Shown in pieces: positions 48,876-62,691 of a stretch of 64,000 bases of DNA; position 1 is the stretch's first letter; the number at the start of each line of letters is the position of its first letter. Made by a program: the position numbers and the translations under genes. Source of the stretch: Squalus acanthias (taxonomy: Eukaryota); contig CM059432.1 of assembly GCA_030390025.1 (NCBI GenBank), positions 79,982,001-80,046,000 on the forward strand. The letters run 5' to 3'. The notes beneath the pieces are model-generated. The model was not told the DNA's origin. It was given only the letters and a program-made list of their open reading frames with translations, and ran no database searches.

Positions 48876-49797
48876 AGAAATCTTTTATAATTATGTGAAT
48901 AACTGAGAAAAAAGACAGGTTTGCAGAGGGGGGGAAGAAAAATATAACACATTAAGTCTATTTGAACCTTAAACAAATATTACCTGCCCAGACGACAGGG
49001 GATAAATATGTTTAGATGTAAAGACTTGGGATCAAGAGATTTTGGAGGGAAGGATAAAGTTACTTGCATCTAAAGCAGGTATTGTAAAGTGGTAGGTAAA
49101 TAATACAAAAATGTTGCCTGTATTTTTCAGCATCAGTAAGCTGTGTAATGCTTTTAACCTCGTGTCAGTTATGGGATATATTGCTTTCATAAATTTGCTA
49201 TATTACAGTAATGATAAACCATGTCGTGTTTAGGTTGCAGGTGGAGTGCGGTAAACATGAGAACTAAAATCCAGGTCCCAGACTATCCTCGGGGTCAGCA
49301 GTTAATTCTCGACTACAGATATAAAATCATTATTCAACTGAATTATCATTTATCTCCAATTTAGACACCTAATCTGGAAGACATTCAAACCCCAGAAACA
49401 GTCACCTGCATAATAAAGAGAACCGTTGGTATTTCATTAACAATCTGGGGAAAGAGATATTCCAACTAACTTGCACTTGTGGCAATAGTGTTGTGGTTCA
49501 TTTCCACAACAAAAAAACTGGTCTAAAGTTTTATCACTGATGTAATGTGTAAGAAATTACAATAAGAAATGTTCTCTCCACCTTGATATTCAACATGCTC
49601 AGCCTTTAGCTTAATTTGTGTAGTTTAATTATTAAGAATTTAAATGGAGTATTCAGATGGTTAAACGGCTTTACTAAATTGTATCCAAGTAATTACAAAT
49701 TAAAGAACTGTATGTGTAGCACTCTATTAATGCATTGAAAACATTCATTAAAAAACTTTCCAAATGCTCCGCTTATTACTGGAAGGCTCAAATACTA

Positions 49798-49953
<156 letters not shown>

Positions 49954-50069
49954 CTACATGAAAGAAGGTAAAGACAAGTTAGCATCAGAAAAACCATAAA
50001 ACCAATCAAAATCACTTTCTTCTGTTTAGTCTTATTCACCATCATACAGATTCGAACAAACCCCACAGG

Positions 50070-51610
50070 AAAAGTGATCCAACCGTGGCTAACAAGAGGA
50101 GTTAGAGATAGTATTAGGTCAAAGGAAGAGGCTTATAATGCTGCCAAAAAGAGTAGTAAGCCCGAGGATTGGGAGGATTTTAGAATTCAGCAAAGGAGGA
50201 CCAAGAAATTGATAAAGGGAAAATAGAATGAGAGAGTAAACTACCGAGAGACATGAAAACAGACTGTAAAAGCTTCTATATGTATGTAAAAAGGAAAAGA
50301 TTAGCGAAATTAAATGTGGGTCCCTTACAGGCTAAGACAGGAGAAATTATAATGGGGAATAAGGAAATGACAGAGAAATTAAGCAAATACTTTGTGTCTG
50401 TCTTCACAGAAGAAGAGGCAAAAAACTTCCTGGAAATAGTGGAGAACCAAGGGTCGAGCGAGAATGAGGAACTGAAAGACATTAGTATTAGTAAAAAAGT
50501 AGTACTGGAGAAATTAATGGGACTGATAGCCGAAAAATCCCCTGGACCTGATGGCCTACATCCTAGGGTTTTGAAAGAGAATAAACGGGTCATTTTTGGG
50601 TTGGCAGGCTGCAACTAGTGGGGTACCGCAAGGATCAGTGCTTGGGCCTCAGCTATTCACAATCTACATCAATGATTTGGATGAGGGGACCAATTGTAAT
50701 ATACCCAAGTTTGCTGATGATACAAAGCTGGGTGGGAATGTAAGTTGTGAGGAGGCTTCAAGGGGATATAGACAGGCTAAGTGAGTGGGCAAGAACATGG
50801 CAAATGGAATATAATGTGGAGAAATGTGAAGTTATCCACTTTGGTAGGAAAAATAGAAAAGCAGAGTATTTTTTTTAAATGGTGAGAGATTGGGAAATGT
50901 TGGTGTACAGAGGGACCTGGGTGTCCTTGTACACGAATCACTGAAAGTTATCATGCAGGTACAGCAAGCAATTAGGAAAGCAAATGGTATGTTGGCCTTT
51001 ATTACAAGAGGATTTGAGTATAAGAGTAAAGACGTCTTGCTGCAATTATATAGGGCCCTGGTGAGACCACACCTGGAGTATTGTGTATAGTTTTGGTCTC
51101 CTTACCTAAGGAAGGATATACTTGCCATAGAGGGAGTGCAACGAAGATTCACTAGACTGGTTTCTGGGATGGGGGTATTGTCCGATGAGGACAGATTGAG
51201 TAGACTAGGCCTATATTCTCTAGAGTTTAGAAGAATGAGAGATGATCTCATTGAAACATACAAAATTGTTACAGGGCTTGACAGGGTAGATGCAGGGAGG
51301 ATGTTTCCCCTGGCTGGGGAGTCTAGAACCAGGGGTCGGCTATTTAGGACTGAGATGAGGAGAAATTTCTTCACTCAGAGGGTGGTGAATCTTTGGAATT
51401 CTCTACCCCAGGGGCTGTGGAGGCTCAGTCGTTGAGTATATTCAAGACAGAGATCGATAGATTTTTTAAATATTAAGGGAATCAAGGGATATGGGGATAG
51501 TTCAGGAAAGTGGAGATGAGGTAGATCATCAGCCTTGATCTTATTGAATGGCGGAGCAAGCTCGAAGGGCCAAATGGCCTACTCCTGCTCCTATTTCTCA
51601 TGTTCTTATA
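50070..51610 (+). mobile_element. CR1-type LINE with an internal deletion
   Basis: ORFs 50253..50618, 50596..50784, 50890..51090 and 51136..51435; CR1 3' tail. Confidence 0.9.
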
Positions 51611-52029
51611 CTGTCTTTTACCTATAAAGTCTATCTCTGGCAGTTGCAGTCATGCAAATAATCTCAGAACGGCACGGTGATAGTTAGAAAGTTGTCTTTT
51701 TATAATGCTCTCAATGCCATTCTCAACCAAACAGCAAGAGAACTGGAAGACACCCATCATCTAATTTTTCTTCCCTCCCTTTGAAAAAGCAGCTGGCCTC
51801 CCCTCAGTGCCTCTCATACCGAGATTGGGAAGTCAGTGGAGTGCGGAGAAGTGAATTGCATCCCACCATTGCATGGCATTATGCATTGGTTCTCTAATAT
51901 GTTGCTTTGTTATAACTCAAATGCCAAGAAAAGTAAACTCACATAGGCCGTATAATGCAACAGTGTCAATCTGTCAGCTTTTTCAACTATTGGGAAAAAT
52001 AGCTTCTAAAGCTTTAAGCAAACAATTTA

Positions 52030-55000
52030 AAGGTTACAGAGATAGGGAGTGGCATAACCATGGAAGAATTTAAACAGGAGGATGGGAATTTTGAAGTAGA
52101 GGCATTGGGGGACAGGGTCCCAATGTAGGTCAGCGGGAACAGGGGTAATGAGGAAGCAGGATTTGGTGCACGTTAAGATATGGGCAGCAGGGTTTTGCAT
52201 GAGCTGAAGTCTGTGGAGGATGGGAGGACCAGCTAGGAGAACATTGGAATAGTTGAGTCCGATGAGGCTTTGTCAGTAGATGGGCTGAGTCTGATGAGGG
52301 TTTTGGCAGCAGATGGGCCGAGGCAGGCAATGTTGCAGAGCTGGAAGTAGGCAGTCTTTGTGATGCGGACGGGATGGGGTCAGATGCTCAGTTCGGGGTC
52401 AAATAGGACGTCAAGGTTCCAACCTCATTGAATTTTTTGGAGAGGTAACAAAGAATAGACAAGGGTAATGCAGTAGATGTAATTTATCTAGATTTTCAAA
52501 AGCCCTTTGATCAGGTATCGCATAATAGACTAATGAATAAAGTCAGAGAATGCGGAATCAGGGGCCAAGTAGCAGAATGGATAGCTAGCTGGCTCCATGA
52601 CAGAAAGCAGAGAGTCGGGGTAAAGGGTAGCTATTCACAGTGGTAGAAGGTGGGTAGTAGTGTTCCACAAGGATCAGTGCTGAGACCACTGTTGTTCACA
52701 ATTTACATTAACGATTTAGACTTTGGAATCAAAAACACAATTTCTAAATTTGCGGATGACACCAAATTGGGGGGGGGGGGGATCGTTAATACTGAGGAGG
52801 TCTGCAACAAATTACAGGAAGACATTAATAAACTTGCAGAATGGGCATATAATTGGCAAATAAAATTCAACACAGATAAATGTGAGGTCTTACATTTTGG
52901 TCGGAAGAATAGGGAGGTCACTTATTACTTGGAGGGTGCGAGTCTGGGTGAGGGAGAGGAGCAAAGGGATCAACAACAAGTATTTATATATCGCCTTTAA
53001 CATAGTAAAACGTCCCAAGGCGCTTCACAGGAGTATTATAAGACAAAAAATTTGACACCGAGCCACACAAGGAGAAATTAGGGCAGGTGACTATAATCTT
53101 GGTCAAAGAGGTAGGTTTTAAGGAGCATCTTATAGGAGGAAAGAGATGTGGAGAGGCGGAGAGGTTTAAGCAGGGAATTCCAGAGCTTAGGGCCTAGGCA
53201 ATAGAAAGCATGGCCACCAATGGTTGAGCAATTATAATTAGGGAAGCTCAAGAGGGCAGAATTAGAGGAGCGCAGATATCTCGGGGGGGGGGGGGGGGGG
53301 GGGGGCTGAAGGAGATTACAGAGATAGGGAGGGGCGAGGCCATGGAGGGTATTGAAAACAAGGATGAGGATTTTGAAATCGAGGCGTTGCTTAACCGGGA
53401 GCCAATGTAGGTCAGCGAGCACAGGGGTGATGGGTGAACGGGGCTTGATGCAAGTTAGGACACGGGCAGCTGAGTTTTGGATCACCTTAAGTTTATGTAG
53501 GGTAGAATGTGGGAGGCCAGCCAGGAGTGCGTTGGAATAGTTAAATCTAGAGGTAACAAAGGCATGGATGAGGGTTTCAACAGCGGATGAGCTGAGGCAA
53601 GGGCTGAGACGGGCGATGTTACGGAGGTGGAAATAGGCGTTCTTAGTTATGCTGCGGATATGTGGTCGGAAGCTCATTTCAGGGTCAAATAGGACACCAA
53701 GGTTGCGAACAGTGTGGTTCAGCCTCAGACAGATGTTAGGGAGAGGGATGGAGCCAGTGGCTAGCAAACAGAGTTTGTGGCGGGGACCGAAAACAATGGC
53801 TTTGGTCTTCCCAATATTTAATTGAAGAAAATTTCTGCTCATCCAGAACTGGATGTCGGATAAGCAGTCTGACAATTTAGAGATCGTGGAGGGGGTCAAG
53901 AGAAATGGTAGTGAGGTAGAGCTGGGTGTCATCAGCTTACATGTGGAAGCTGACGCTGTGTTTTCGGATGATGTCGGCAAGGGGTAGCATGTAGATGAGA
54001 AATAGGAGGGGCCAAGGATAGATCCTTGGGGGACACCAGAGGTAACGATGTGGAAGCGGGAAGAGAAGCCGTTGCAGGTAATTCTCTGGCTACGATTAGA
54101 TAGTTAAGAATGGAACCAGGCGAGTGCAGTCCACCCAGCTCGACGACGATGGAGAGGCGTTGGAGAAGGATGGAGTGGTCAATCGTGTCAAAGGCTGCAC
54201 ACAAGTCAAGGACGAGGAGGGATAATTTACCTTTGTCACAGTCATAAAGGATGTCATTTGTGACTTTGATGAGAGCCGTTTCGGTACTGTGGCGGGGGGG
54301 GGGGGGGGGGGGGAACCTGATTGGAGGGATTCAAACATGGAGTTACGGGAAAGATAGGCACGGATTTGGGAGGTGACAAAACGTTCAAGGACTTTGGAGA
54401 GAAAAGAGAGGTTGGAGATGGGATCCGAGTACAAATACACAAATCACTGAAAGTAGCGACACAAGTTAACAAGGCCACAAAAAAGCAAACCAGGCACTAG
54501 GGTTTATTTCTAAAGGGATTGAATTGAAAAGTAGTGAAGTTATGCTAAACTTGTATCGAACCTTGGTTATACCACACTTGGAGTACTGCGTACAATTCTA
54601 GAAAGGATATAGAGGCACTGGAGAGGATGCAGAGAAGATTTACAAGGATGATACCAGAAATGCGAGGGTATACCTATCAGGAAAGGATGAACAGGCTGGG
54701 TCTCTTTTCGCTTGAAAAAAGGCGACCTAATTGAGGTCTTTAAAATTATGAAAGGTTTTGATAGCGTTGATAGAAAGAGTGTGTTTCCACTTGTGGGGAA
54801 GAGCATAACTAGAGGCTATCAATACAAGATAGTCACCAAGAAATCAAATAGGGAATTCAGAAGAAACTTCTTCACCCAGAGTGATGAGAATGTGGAACTC
54901 GCTACCACAGGGAGTAGTTGAGGCAAATCGTATAGATGCATTTAAGGGGAGGCTAGATAAGCATATGAGGGAGAAGGGAATAGAGGGTTATGCTGACAGA

Positions 55001-55212
55001 GTTAGACGAAGAAAGACGGGAGGCGGCGGCTCAAGTGGAGCATAAATGCTGGCATGGACTTGTTGGGCCGAATGGCCTGTTTCTGTGCCGTATATCCTAC
55101 GTAAAACAAACTGGTACAACCGGAGACAGTGGCTGGGTAGAGGGACAGAATCGATGGTTAGGGTATTGAATTCATGGTGGAGCCAAAGATGATATCTTCG
55201 GTCTTCCCAAAG
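52030..55212. mobile_element. Triple nest: old L2 (-) containing a CR1 (+, about 52421-55100) containing an L2 (-, 52972-54419)
   Basis: The CR1 frame ..EEQRD is interrupted at gggatc (52966-52971, repeated at 54420-54425); inner L2 ORF 53078..53980; the outer L2 resumes at about 55105. Confidence 0.85.
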
Positions 55213-55318
55213 TGTGGTTAAACCACAGGCAAGTTTGGAATTCTAGATAGTTACCTAATTTGCATCCTAATTTGGCAACAGACAATTACATTATGTATAC
55301 AGTGATTTGACATCAGAA

Positions 55319-55360
55319 CAACTAGCCATTAAACTAAATCAACTAGCCATTAAACTAAAT
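55319..55360 (+). repeat. Perfect 21-bp tandem duplication (caactagccattaaactaaat)x2
   Basis: Read directly from the sequence. Confidence 0.95.
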
Positions 55361-55629
55361 TCTCAACTTTTGTTTATTACATCATGTATGTGTCAAATGT
55401 CAGGATAATCCTGTGAGTTGTTACATGTAGGTTTATCCCTTTGCCAATGTATAACATATTTCAGTGAGCCAATAGTTGCAATACCAAAAGCAGTTGACAG
55501 CAAATATTTTCAATGCACTACTTCATGTAAATCTGATTAACGCAAAGATGAGGAAATATCCCAATTGTTGTTAGTGGCTAAACTACTAAAGTAATGATTA
55601 GTTTAGAGTAGTAATATTCTATGTTTTTA

Positions 55630-57215
55630 ATCATAGAATGATACAGCACAGAAGGAGGCCATATGGCCCATTGCGCCTGTGCCAACACTTTGAAAGAGCT
55701 GTCCAATTCGTCCCACTCCCCTGCTCTTTCCCCATTGCCCTGTACAGTTTTCCCCTTCAAGTATTTATCTAATTCCCTTTCGAAAGTTACTATTAAATCT
55801 GCTTCCACCACCCTTTCAGGCATTGCATTCCAGATCACAACAACTTGCTGCGTAATTTTTTTCCCTCATGTCGCCTCTGGTTCTTTTGTCCAGTACCTTA
55901 AATCGGTGTCCTCTGGTTACTGACCCTTCTTCCACTGAAAACAGTTTCTCCTTATTTCATCTATTAAAACCCTCCATGATTTTAAACACCTTGATCACAT
56001 ATCCTCTTAACCTTCTCTGCTCTAAGGAGAACAACTCCAGCTTCTCCAGTCTCTCCACATAACTGAAATCCCACATCCCTGGTACCATTCTAGTAAATCT
56101 CTTCTGCACTCTCTCCAAGGCCTTGACATCCTTTCTAAAGTGTGGTGTCCAGAATTATACACAATACTCCAGCTGAGGACTAACCTGGGTCTTATAAATG
56201 TTTAGCTTAACTTCCTTGCATTTGTACTCAATGCCTCTATTAATAAAGCCAAGGATTCCCATATGCTTTTTTAACAGCCATCTCAACTTGCCCTGTCACC
56301 TTCAAAGATTTCTCTACATACATCCTCAGGTCTCTCTGTTCCTGCATCCCCTTTAAAGTGGTACCATTTAATTTATATTGCCTCTCCTCATTCTTCCTTC
56401 CAAAATGTATCACTTCACTGTTAAATTTCATTTGCCATGTGTCTGCCCATTTCACCAGTCTGTGCCCTCCCAAAGTCTGCTACTATCTTCCTCATTGTTT
56501 ACTACATTTCCGAGTTTCGCGTCATCTGCAAACTTTGACATTATGCCCTGTATACCCACGTCCAGGTCATTAATATGCATCAAAAAGAGCAGTGGTCCTA
56601 ATATCAATCCGTGGGGAACACCACTATATACTTCCCTCCAGCCTGAAAAACAAACGTTCACCACTACTCTCTGTGTTCTTCCCCTTAGCCAACTTCATAT
56701 CCACGCTGCCACTATCCCTTTAATCCCATGGGCTTTAATTTTGATAACAAGTCTATTATGTAGTACTTTGTCAAACGCCTTTTGAAAATCCATAAACACA
56801 TCAACCACTCCTCATTAACCCTCTCCGTTACTTCATCAAAGAACTCAATAAAAAGTTAGTCAGGCACGATTTGCCTTTAACAAATCCATGCAGACTTTCA
56901 TTTATTAACCCATAATTTTCCAAAGGCCAATTAAATTCTTCCTGGCTTATAGTCTCAAAGTTTCCCCACCACTGACATTAGGCTGTAATTAGCAGATTTA
57001 TCCCTCTCCCCTTTTTTGAACAGGGATGTAACTTTTGCAACCCTCCAGTCCTCTGGCACCACCCCCATATCTAAGGAGGATTGGAAGATTGTGGCCAGAG
57101 CCTCTGCAATCTTTACCCTTACTTCCCTCAGTAACCTAGGATGCATCCCATCTGGACAGGCTAACTTATCTACTTTGAGTACTGCCAACCTTTTGAGTAC
57201 CTCCTCTTTATTTTA
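55630..57215 (-). mobile_element. CR1-type LINE
   Basis: LKVDK..PDGMHPRLLRE, SGVPHGLILGP..KFADD and WNAMPERVVE segments. Confidence 0.88.
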
Positions 57216-57249
57216 ATCCTAAAATGAAAATTGAAAATAGATAATACAG

Positions 57250-57272
57250 TATATATATATATATATATATAT
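57250..57272 (+). repeat. (TA)n microsatellite
   Basis: Read directly from the sequence. Confidence 0.9.
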
Positions 57273-57289
57273 CTAGCCCAGCAAACAAA

Positions 57290-57862
57290 GGTAAGAGTTC
57301 TAGAACACTGGTTAGGCCTCAGCGAGAGTATTGTGTTCAGTTCTGGGCACCATACTTTAGGAAGGATGTCAAAGCCTTGGAGAGCATGCAGAGGCGATTT
57401 ACTAGAAAGGTACCAGGGATGAGGGACTTCAGTTATGTGGAGAGACTGGAGAAGCTGGTATTCTTCTCTTCAGAGCAAAGAAGGTTAAGGGGAGATTTAA
57501 TAGAGGTGTTCAAAATTAGGAAGGGTTTTGATAGAGTAAATAAGGAGAACCTGTTTCCACTGGAAGGAGGGTCGGTAACCAGAGGACACAGACATAAGAT
57601 AATTGGCAAAAGTACCACAGTGGAGATGAAGAGAATTTTTTTTACATAGCGAGTTATGATGATCTGGAATGTACTGTCTGAAAGGGTGGTGAAAGCAGAT
57701 TCAATAGTAAATTTCAAAAGGGAATTGAATACATACTTGAAAAGGAAAAAATTGCTGGGCGATGGGGAAAGAGCAGGGGAGTGGGACTAATTAGATAGCT
57801 CTTTCAAAGAGGCGACACAGGCACAATGGGCTGAATGACCTCCTTCTGTGCTATAAGATTCT
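57290..57862 (+). mobile_element. CR1-type LINE 3' end
   Basis: ORF 57377..57649; same subfamily as 55630-57215, opposite orientation. Confidence 0.88.
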
Positions 57863-58424
57863 AATTTTGAGGAATCCAAATGAGAAAGAGTAATTAACTG
57901 TCCCAATAACAAGCAGCTCCAAAAGGGCACATCATGGTATAGGGCATGCAGCACCCAGCCGCATTCTGGATGGAGAGCAGGGGTGGGTCTGGCACATCAT
58001 GTTATGCAAGTCAACATTCTCAGCGATCCCTCTGAAGAAGTCAAAATACTACTCACAACTGCTGGACAAAAACCTGGAAGCTGCACTAAGATGTGCTATC
58101 TGAGATAAATTCATGGCAAAATTCTAAACTCGGGTGTGGAGAAAGATAGATGCAAAGTTTTGCACTGAATGAGGGTAGATGTTTGTTAAGTAAATATACA
58201 CATGAAGTACATTTACCTGTATTGTATGCAAGGCATTTTCTACTAAAAGTAGCACCTGTGGCTAGTCAGCAATTTCTATTGGACAACACTGAAATAGAGC
58301 CAACCGTGCCACACTTTTTCAAATGTTTACAATGCAATATAAATCGCATTAAACAAAAAATTTCAAAAGACATTATTTATAGCTTCCTTATACAGTAAGT
58401 TTTTTTTAATAATGAACTTATTTA

Positions 58425-58655
<231 letters not shown>

Positions 58656-59254
58656 TTAAAAAAAGGACAGTAAGGATTATAATAATGCCTGGTTTTGTTA
58701 GTGTCCAAATGCTTGATTACATTCCAGCTTTCCAACAAAAATGTTTTAACAGAAGATACTTAAAAAAAAAATGGTGGTCTTAAGAGGTTTTATTGTATGG
58801 CTGGCTTTACTTCCAGTCTTACTTTTTACTGTTTCTTCCTCAGCAGAAAGAAAAAATAAAGTAAACTGAAAGAACGACAACTAAGGTACAATACAAAGCC
58901 TAACTGAATTATTCTAATTGGCTATTGTGACACCATTTATTGGAAGAACTTTTATTAAAAGGGAAAAGTAAATAAATGCTTTAGTGATTGCAATTAGCCA
59001 AAATATCACTAAGTAACAAAAACTGTTGCATGCAGCACTTGTCAACTTGAAATAAAGCAGTAAAACATATAGCAATGGAATCGATAGAGGTGACTACTTT
59101 TGCAGTGCAGTTTAATGAATTAATCTATAAAAATAATGATTAGAAAGAGAAGTGTAATAGCAATGCTCGGTGCATTAAATATTCATAATGTGTCTGACAT
59201 AAAGCCTAGCACTGCATGGTCTATAATCATGACTTTCATACGTTTTGTTGGTCT

Positions 59255-60040
59255 AAAAGTGATACGTTTTGGTAGGAAGAATGTGGAGAGGCAATATAAA
59301 TTAAATGATACAATTTTAAAGGGGGTGCAGGAACAGAGACACCTGGGTGTGTACCGACACAAGTCTTTGAAACTGGCAGTAAAAGTTGAGAAGGCTTTTA
59401 AAAATGTATACGGGATCCTTGGCTTTATAAATCGAGACATGGAGTACAAAAGCAAGGAAGTTATGTTAACTGTTTATAAAATACTGGTTAGGGTCCAGCT
59501 GGAGTATTGTGACCAATTCTGGACACCACACTTTAGTAAGAATGTTAAGGCCTCAGAGAGGATGCAGAGGAGATTTATTAGAATGGTACCAGGAATGAAG
59601 GACTTCAGGTACATGGAGAACTAGAGAAACTGGGGTTGTTCTCAGAACAGAGAAGGTTAAGGGGATATTTGATAGAGGTGTTCAAAATCATGAAAGGTTT
59701 TGATAAAAGTAAATAAGGAGAAATTGTTTCCGGTGGCAGAAGGGCTGGTAACAGAGGACACAGAATTAAGGTAATTGGCAAAAGAACCAGATGCGACATG
59801 AGGAAAAAAGTTTTACACAGCGAGTTGTTATGATCTGGAATGCACTGCCTGAAAGGGTGGTGGAAGCAGATTCAATAATATCTTTCAAAAGGGAATTGGA
59901 TAAATATTTGAAGGGAAAAATTTGCAGGGCTATGGGGAAAGAGTAGGGGAGTGGGACTAATTGGATAGCTCTTTCACAGAGCCAGCAGAAGCACAATGGG
60001 CTAAATGGCCTCCTTCTGTGCTGCATCATTCTATGATTCC
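59255..60040 (+). mobile_element. CR1-type LINE 3' end
   Basis: 3' part of ORF 59136..59624; attctatgattc tail. Confidence 0.88.
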
Positions 60041-62025
60041 ATGATAAAAAGATGACTAAAAATGTGAAGCATATTATATATTTTAATAATTTAAGTCATC
60101 CTGTAGGTCGAGTCAGAGTATTTGAATAAGTTGCTTTATCTGGGTAAATTTCAGTAATTCTTATACCGTACCACCATTTAAAGTCCAACAGCAACAAGTT
60201 ACTAAGATGTCGTTCTCAGTCACAACAGGAGGACTTAATTGGGCAGAGCCTGGCACTCCCTGATCAAATTTCACCTACAGCAGCGATTCACCAAACTTTG
60301 TGTGGCTCTAGAGAGTTTTAACTGCATCTTATGCATTTTTCTTACAAAGAGACTACTTTTATCCATAGATTATTTGCTAACCTCTTTAATGTTCTCTGCA
60401 CCACGTAACATTCCTCAGTAGAAAGAGCAGATGGGCAGCCTGCTTCCAGGTTCGAATTCTGATTCCAAAGCTTGGCATCTGTTCGCCAGCTCCTGCTGTT
60501 AAGTTAGTTAGCCCAGTAGCAGACTCACAGATCAAAGTAATACTATGTCTACAAGTCTGCCATCAGGCTACACAGAAAAAATTTAACTGTATTGAGAGGC
60601 GACAATGCATTCAACAGGAATGGGAGGTTGGAAACAGGGGCAGTAACTTACAAGGACAGAGAGGTTGAGGTGGGCTTTTTGAGATTGGGGTGATGAGGGC
60701 AGTTTTGAAAGGAACGGGAAGAATACCTGAGAAGAGGTCATCAGGTTTCATCAAAAACTATTTCCCTTAAAGCTTTTCATTCTGTTACCATTTTAATGAT
60801 CTAAAGCAGTACGCTTACTTGCATTTAAATGCTAAATAAAATTGAATCATACAATTTTACAGAAGGATGTCATTTGGCCATTTGCATCTGTGCAACTCTC
60901 TGAAAAGGCAAAAATGAGCGATTTACACGCTTATTGACGTCTCAGTCATTGCTGCCGGCTTAGTTTCCTTTCTCATCTATCAATTCCTGATGGTTTTGAA
61001 CCCCCTCCACCCCACCACCACCCCCCCCCCCCCCCCCCACCAAGTGGCAAGTTAACCCCGCACCCTCATTTTGTTCAAATCCATCCTTCCTTCCTGCTGT
61101 AGTATTGTTCCACAGGCACTGGCCACCCTCCAGCATCCCTCCCAAGAGACCATGTGCAAGCCTGATCAGTGAATATCAGCAGCCACTGAATTGTGGATAG
61201 CATATCAGCCAAGTCTGGTATTATTTTAACTAGGGATACACACACATGCAATTTCCAGCAGGTGCCACCAGATAGCAAGACTATTCATCCTATATATTGC
61301 CCTGTAAGTCAAAACCTTAACAAGCAATAGGAAGTTTACCAGTACTGGAGGCAAAACCTAGACTTTTGTTAACAGAGGAGAAATGGTGAGAGGTACAGAG
61401 ACAGACCTTCAACATTACCATTTTTAGTAAAATGCACAAAAGTCAACTCAAGACCAAACACTGTACATACCACACTCCATACAAGCTCCACAAACTTCAT
61501 AAATTACCCACATAAAAATTGCACATTTCTAGCTGGTAAAACTCCAACAGATCCCTGGCACACTTGGAAGTCTCTAAGCCTTTATACTCTGGACTTAGAT
61601 AAGTGAGGTTCTGCTCTGAGCAGGGAAGAGTGTTCATTACATATCAAGTACAAAGCCAACAGAAATTCTACATGCAGATTTCTCAGTAGCTTGGAGACTC
61701 ACTGTGATGGTTTTCCAGATGTATCTAAAACTAGCTGCCCAAAAACAAAACTCATTTCAATCTCTTCTGGAAGGCCTGGGTACCAGACTTTAGCCATTTG
61801 TTAATAGGGGAAATGGCGAGAAGTATGGAGTCTAACTTTCAACAGCACCAGCTGCTGCAAAATGCCCAAGACCAACTCCAACATTATACATACCACATCC
61901 TGCACAAGCCCCACTCTGGGGAGTTAGAAAAAGAAAAAAGCTTACAGTAATGATTCAAGATAGCCTCTTTTAAAGTTGGTAACATGCAAATGATGATTGG
62001 ATAGAGGATATTCAGCATGTAAATG

Positions 62026-62456
62026 CTCCGATGGACAGGTCATATTGTCCGCATGCCCGATACGAGACTCCCAAAACAAGCGCCCTACTCAGAGCTCCAG
62101 CACGGCAAGAGAGCCACAGGTGGGCAGAGGAAACGCTTCAAGGACACCCTCAAAGTCTCCTTGAAAAAGTGTAACATCCCCACCGACACCTGGGAATCCC
62201 TGGCCCAAGACCGCACAAAGTGGAGGAGAAGCATCCAGGAAGGCGCCAAACACCTCGAATCTCTTCGCCGGGAGCAAGCGGAAGCCAAGCGCAGGCAGCG
62301 CACGTCAACCCAAGCACCTCACCCACCCACCCCTTCAACCACCGTCTGCCCCACCTGTGACAGAGACTGTAGGTCCCGCATTGGACTCAGTCACCTACGA
62401 ACTCATTTTTAATGTGGAAGCAAGTCATCCTCGGTTCCGAGGGACTGCCTAAGAAG
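62026..62456 (+). mobile_element. RTE-clade LINE 3' end
   Basis: LRWTGHIVRMPDTRLPKQ..YSEL..GKR..GGQRKRFKDTLK..W...AQDR..WR, C-terminal CPTC..HLRTH zinc finger, aagaag tail, possible TSD aaatg. Confidence 0.88.
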
Positions 62457-62660
62457 AAATGAATTAAATCACAAACATTAGGGAAATGTTAATGTTTATA
62501 CTGGAATTACACATTGAAACTTTAATGTTGCAAGTGTACACAAGTCATATATTCTACGTAATGGGAAGTTTCTTACATTGGAACTCCGCACTTCGATGCA
62601 ATGAAACTGTCTGGAATCAACACGAGACATTATGAAATATTAAAAGGAACAATAGCTTAC

Positions 62661-62691
62661 CTTTGTTTTTCTGTTTCTGATTTTATCTCCT
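62661..62691 (-). CDS. ARFGEF1: ARFGEF1/BIG1 exon 2 (31-nt microexon, (E)EIKSETEKQ(S))
   Basis: Minus strand tttcaacag|AGGAGATAAAATCAGAAACAGAAAAACAAAG|gtaag. Matches BIG1 EEIKAETEKQS; the phase-2 end joins the next exon. Confidence 0.92.

Noticed and set aside
53078..53980. 300-aa ORF with a polyproline run as a novel protein
   Set aside because: L2-type ORF2 C-terminus; the prolines come from an expanded G tract.
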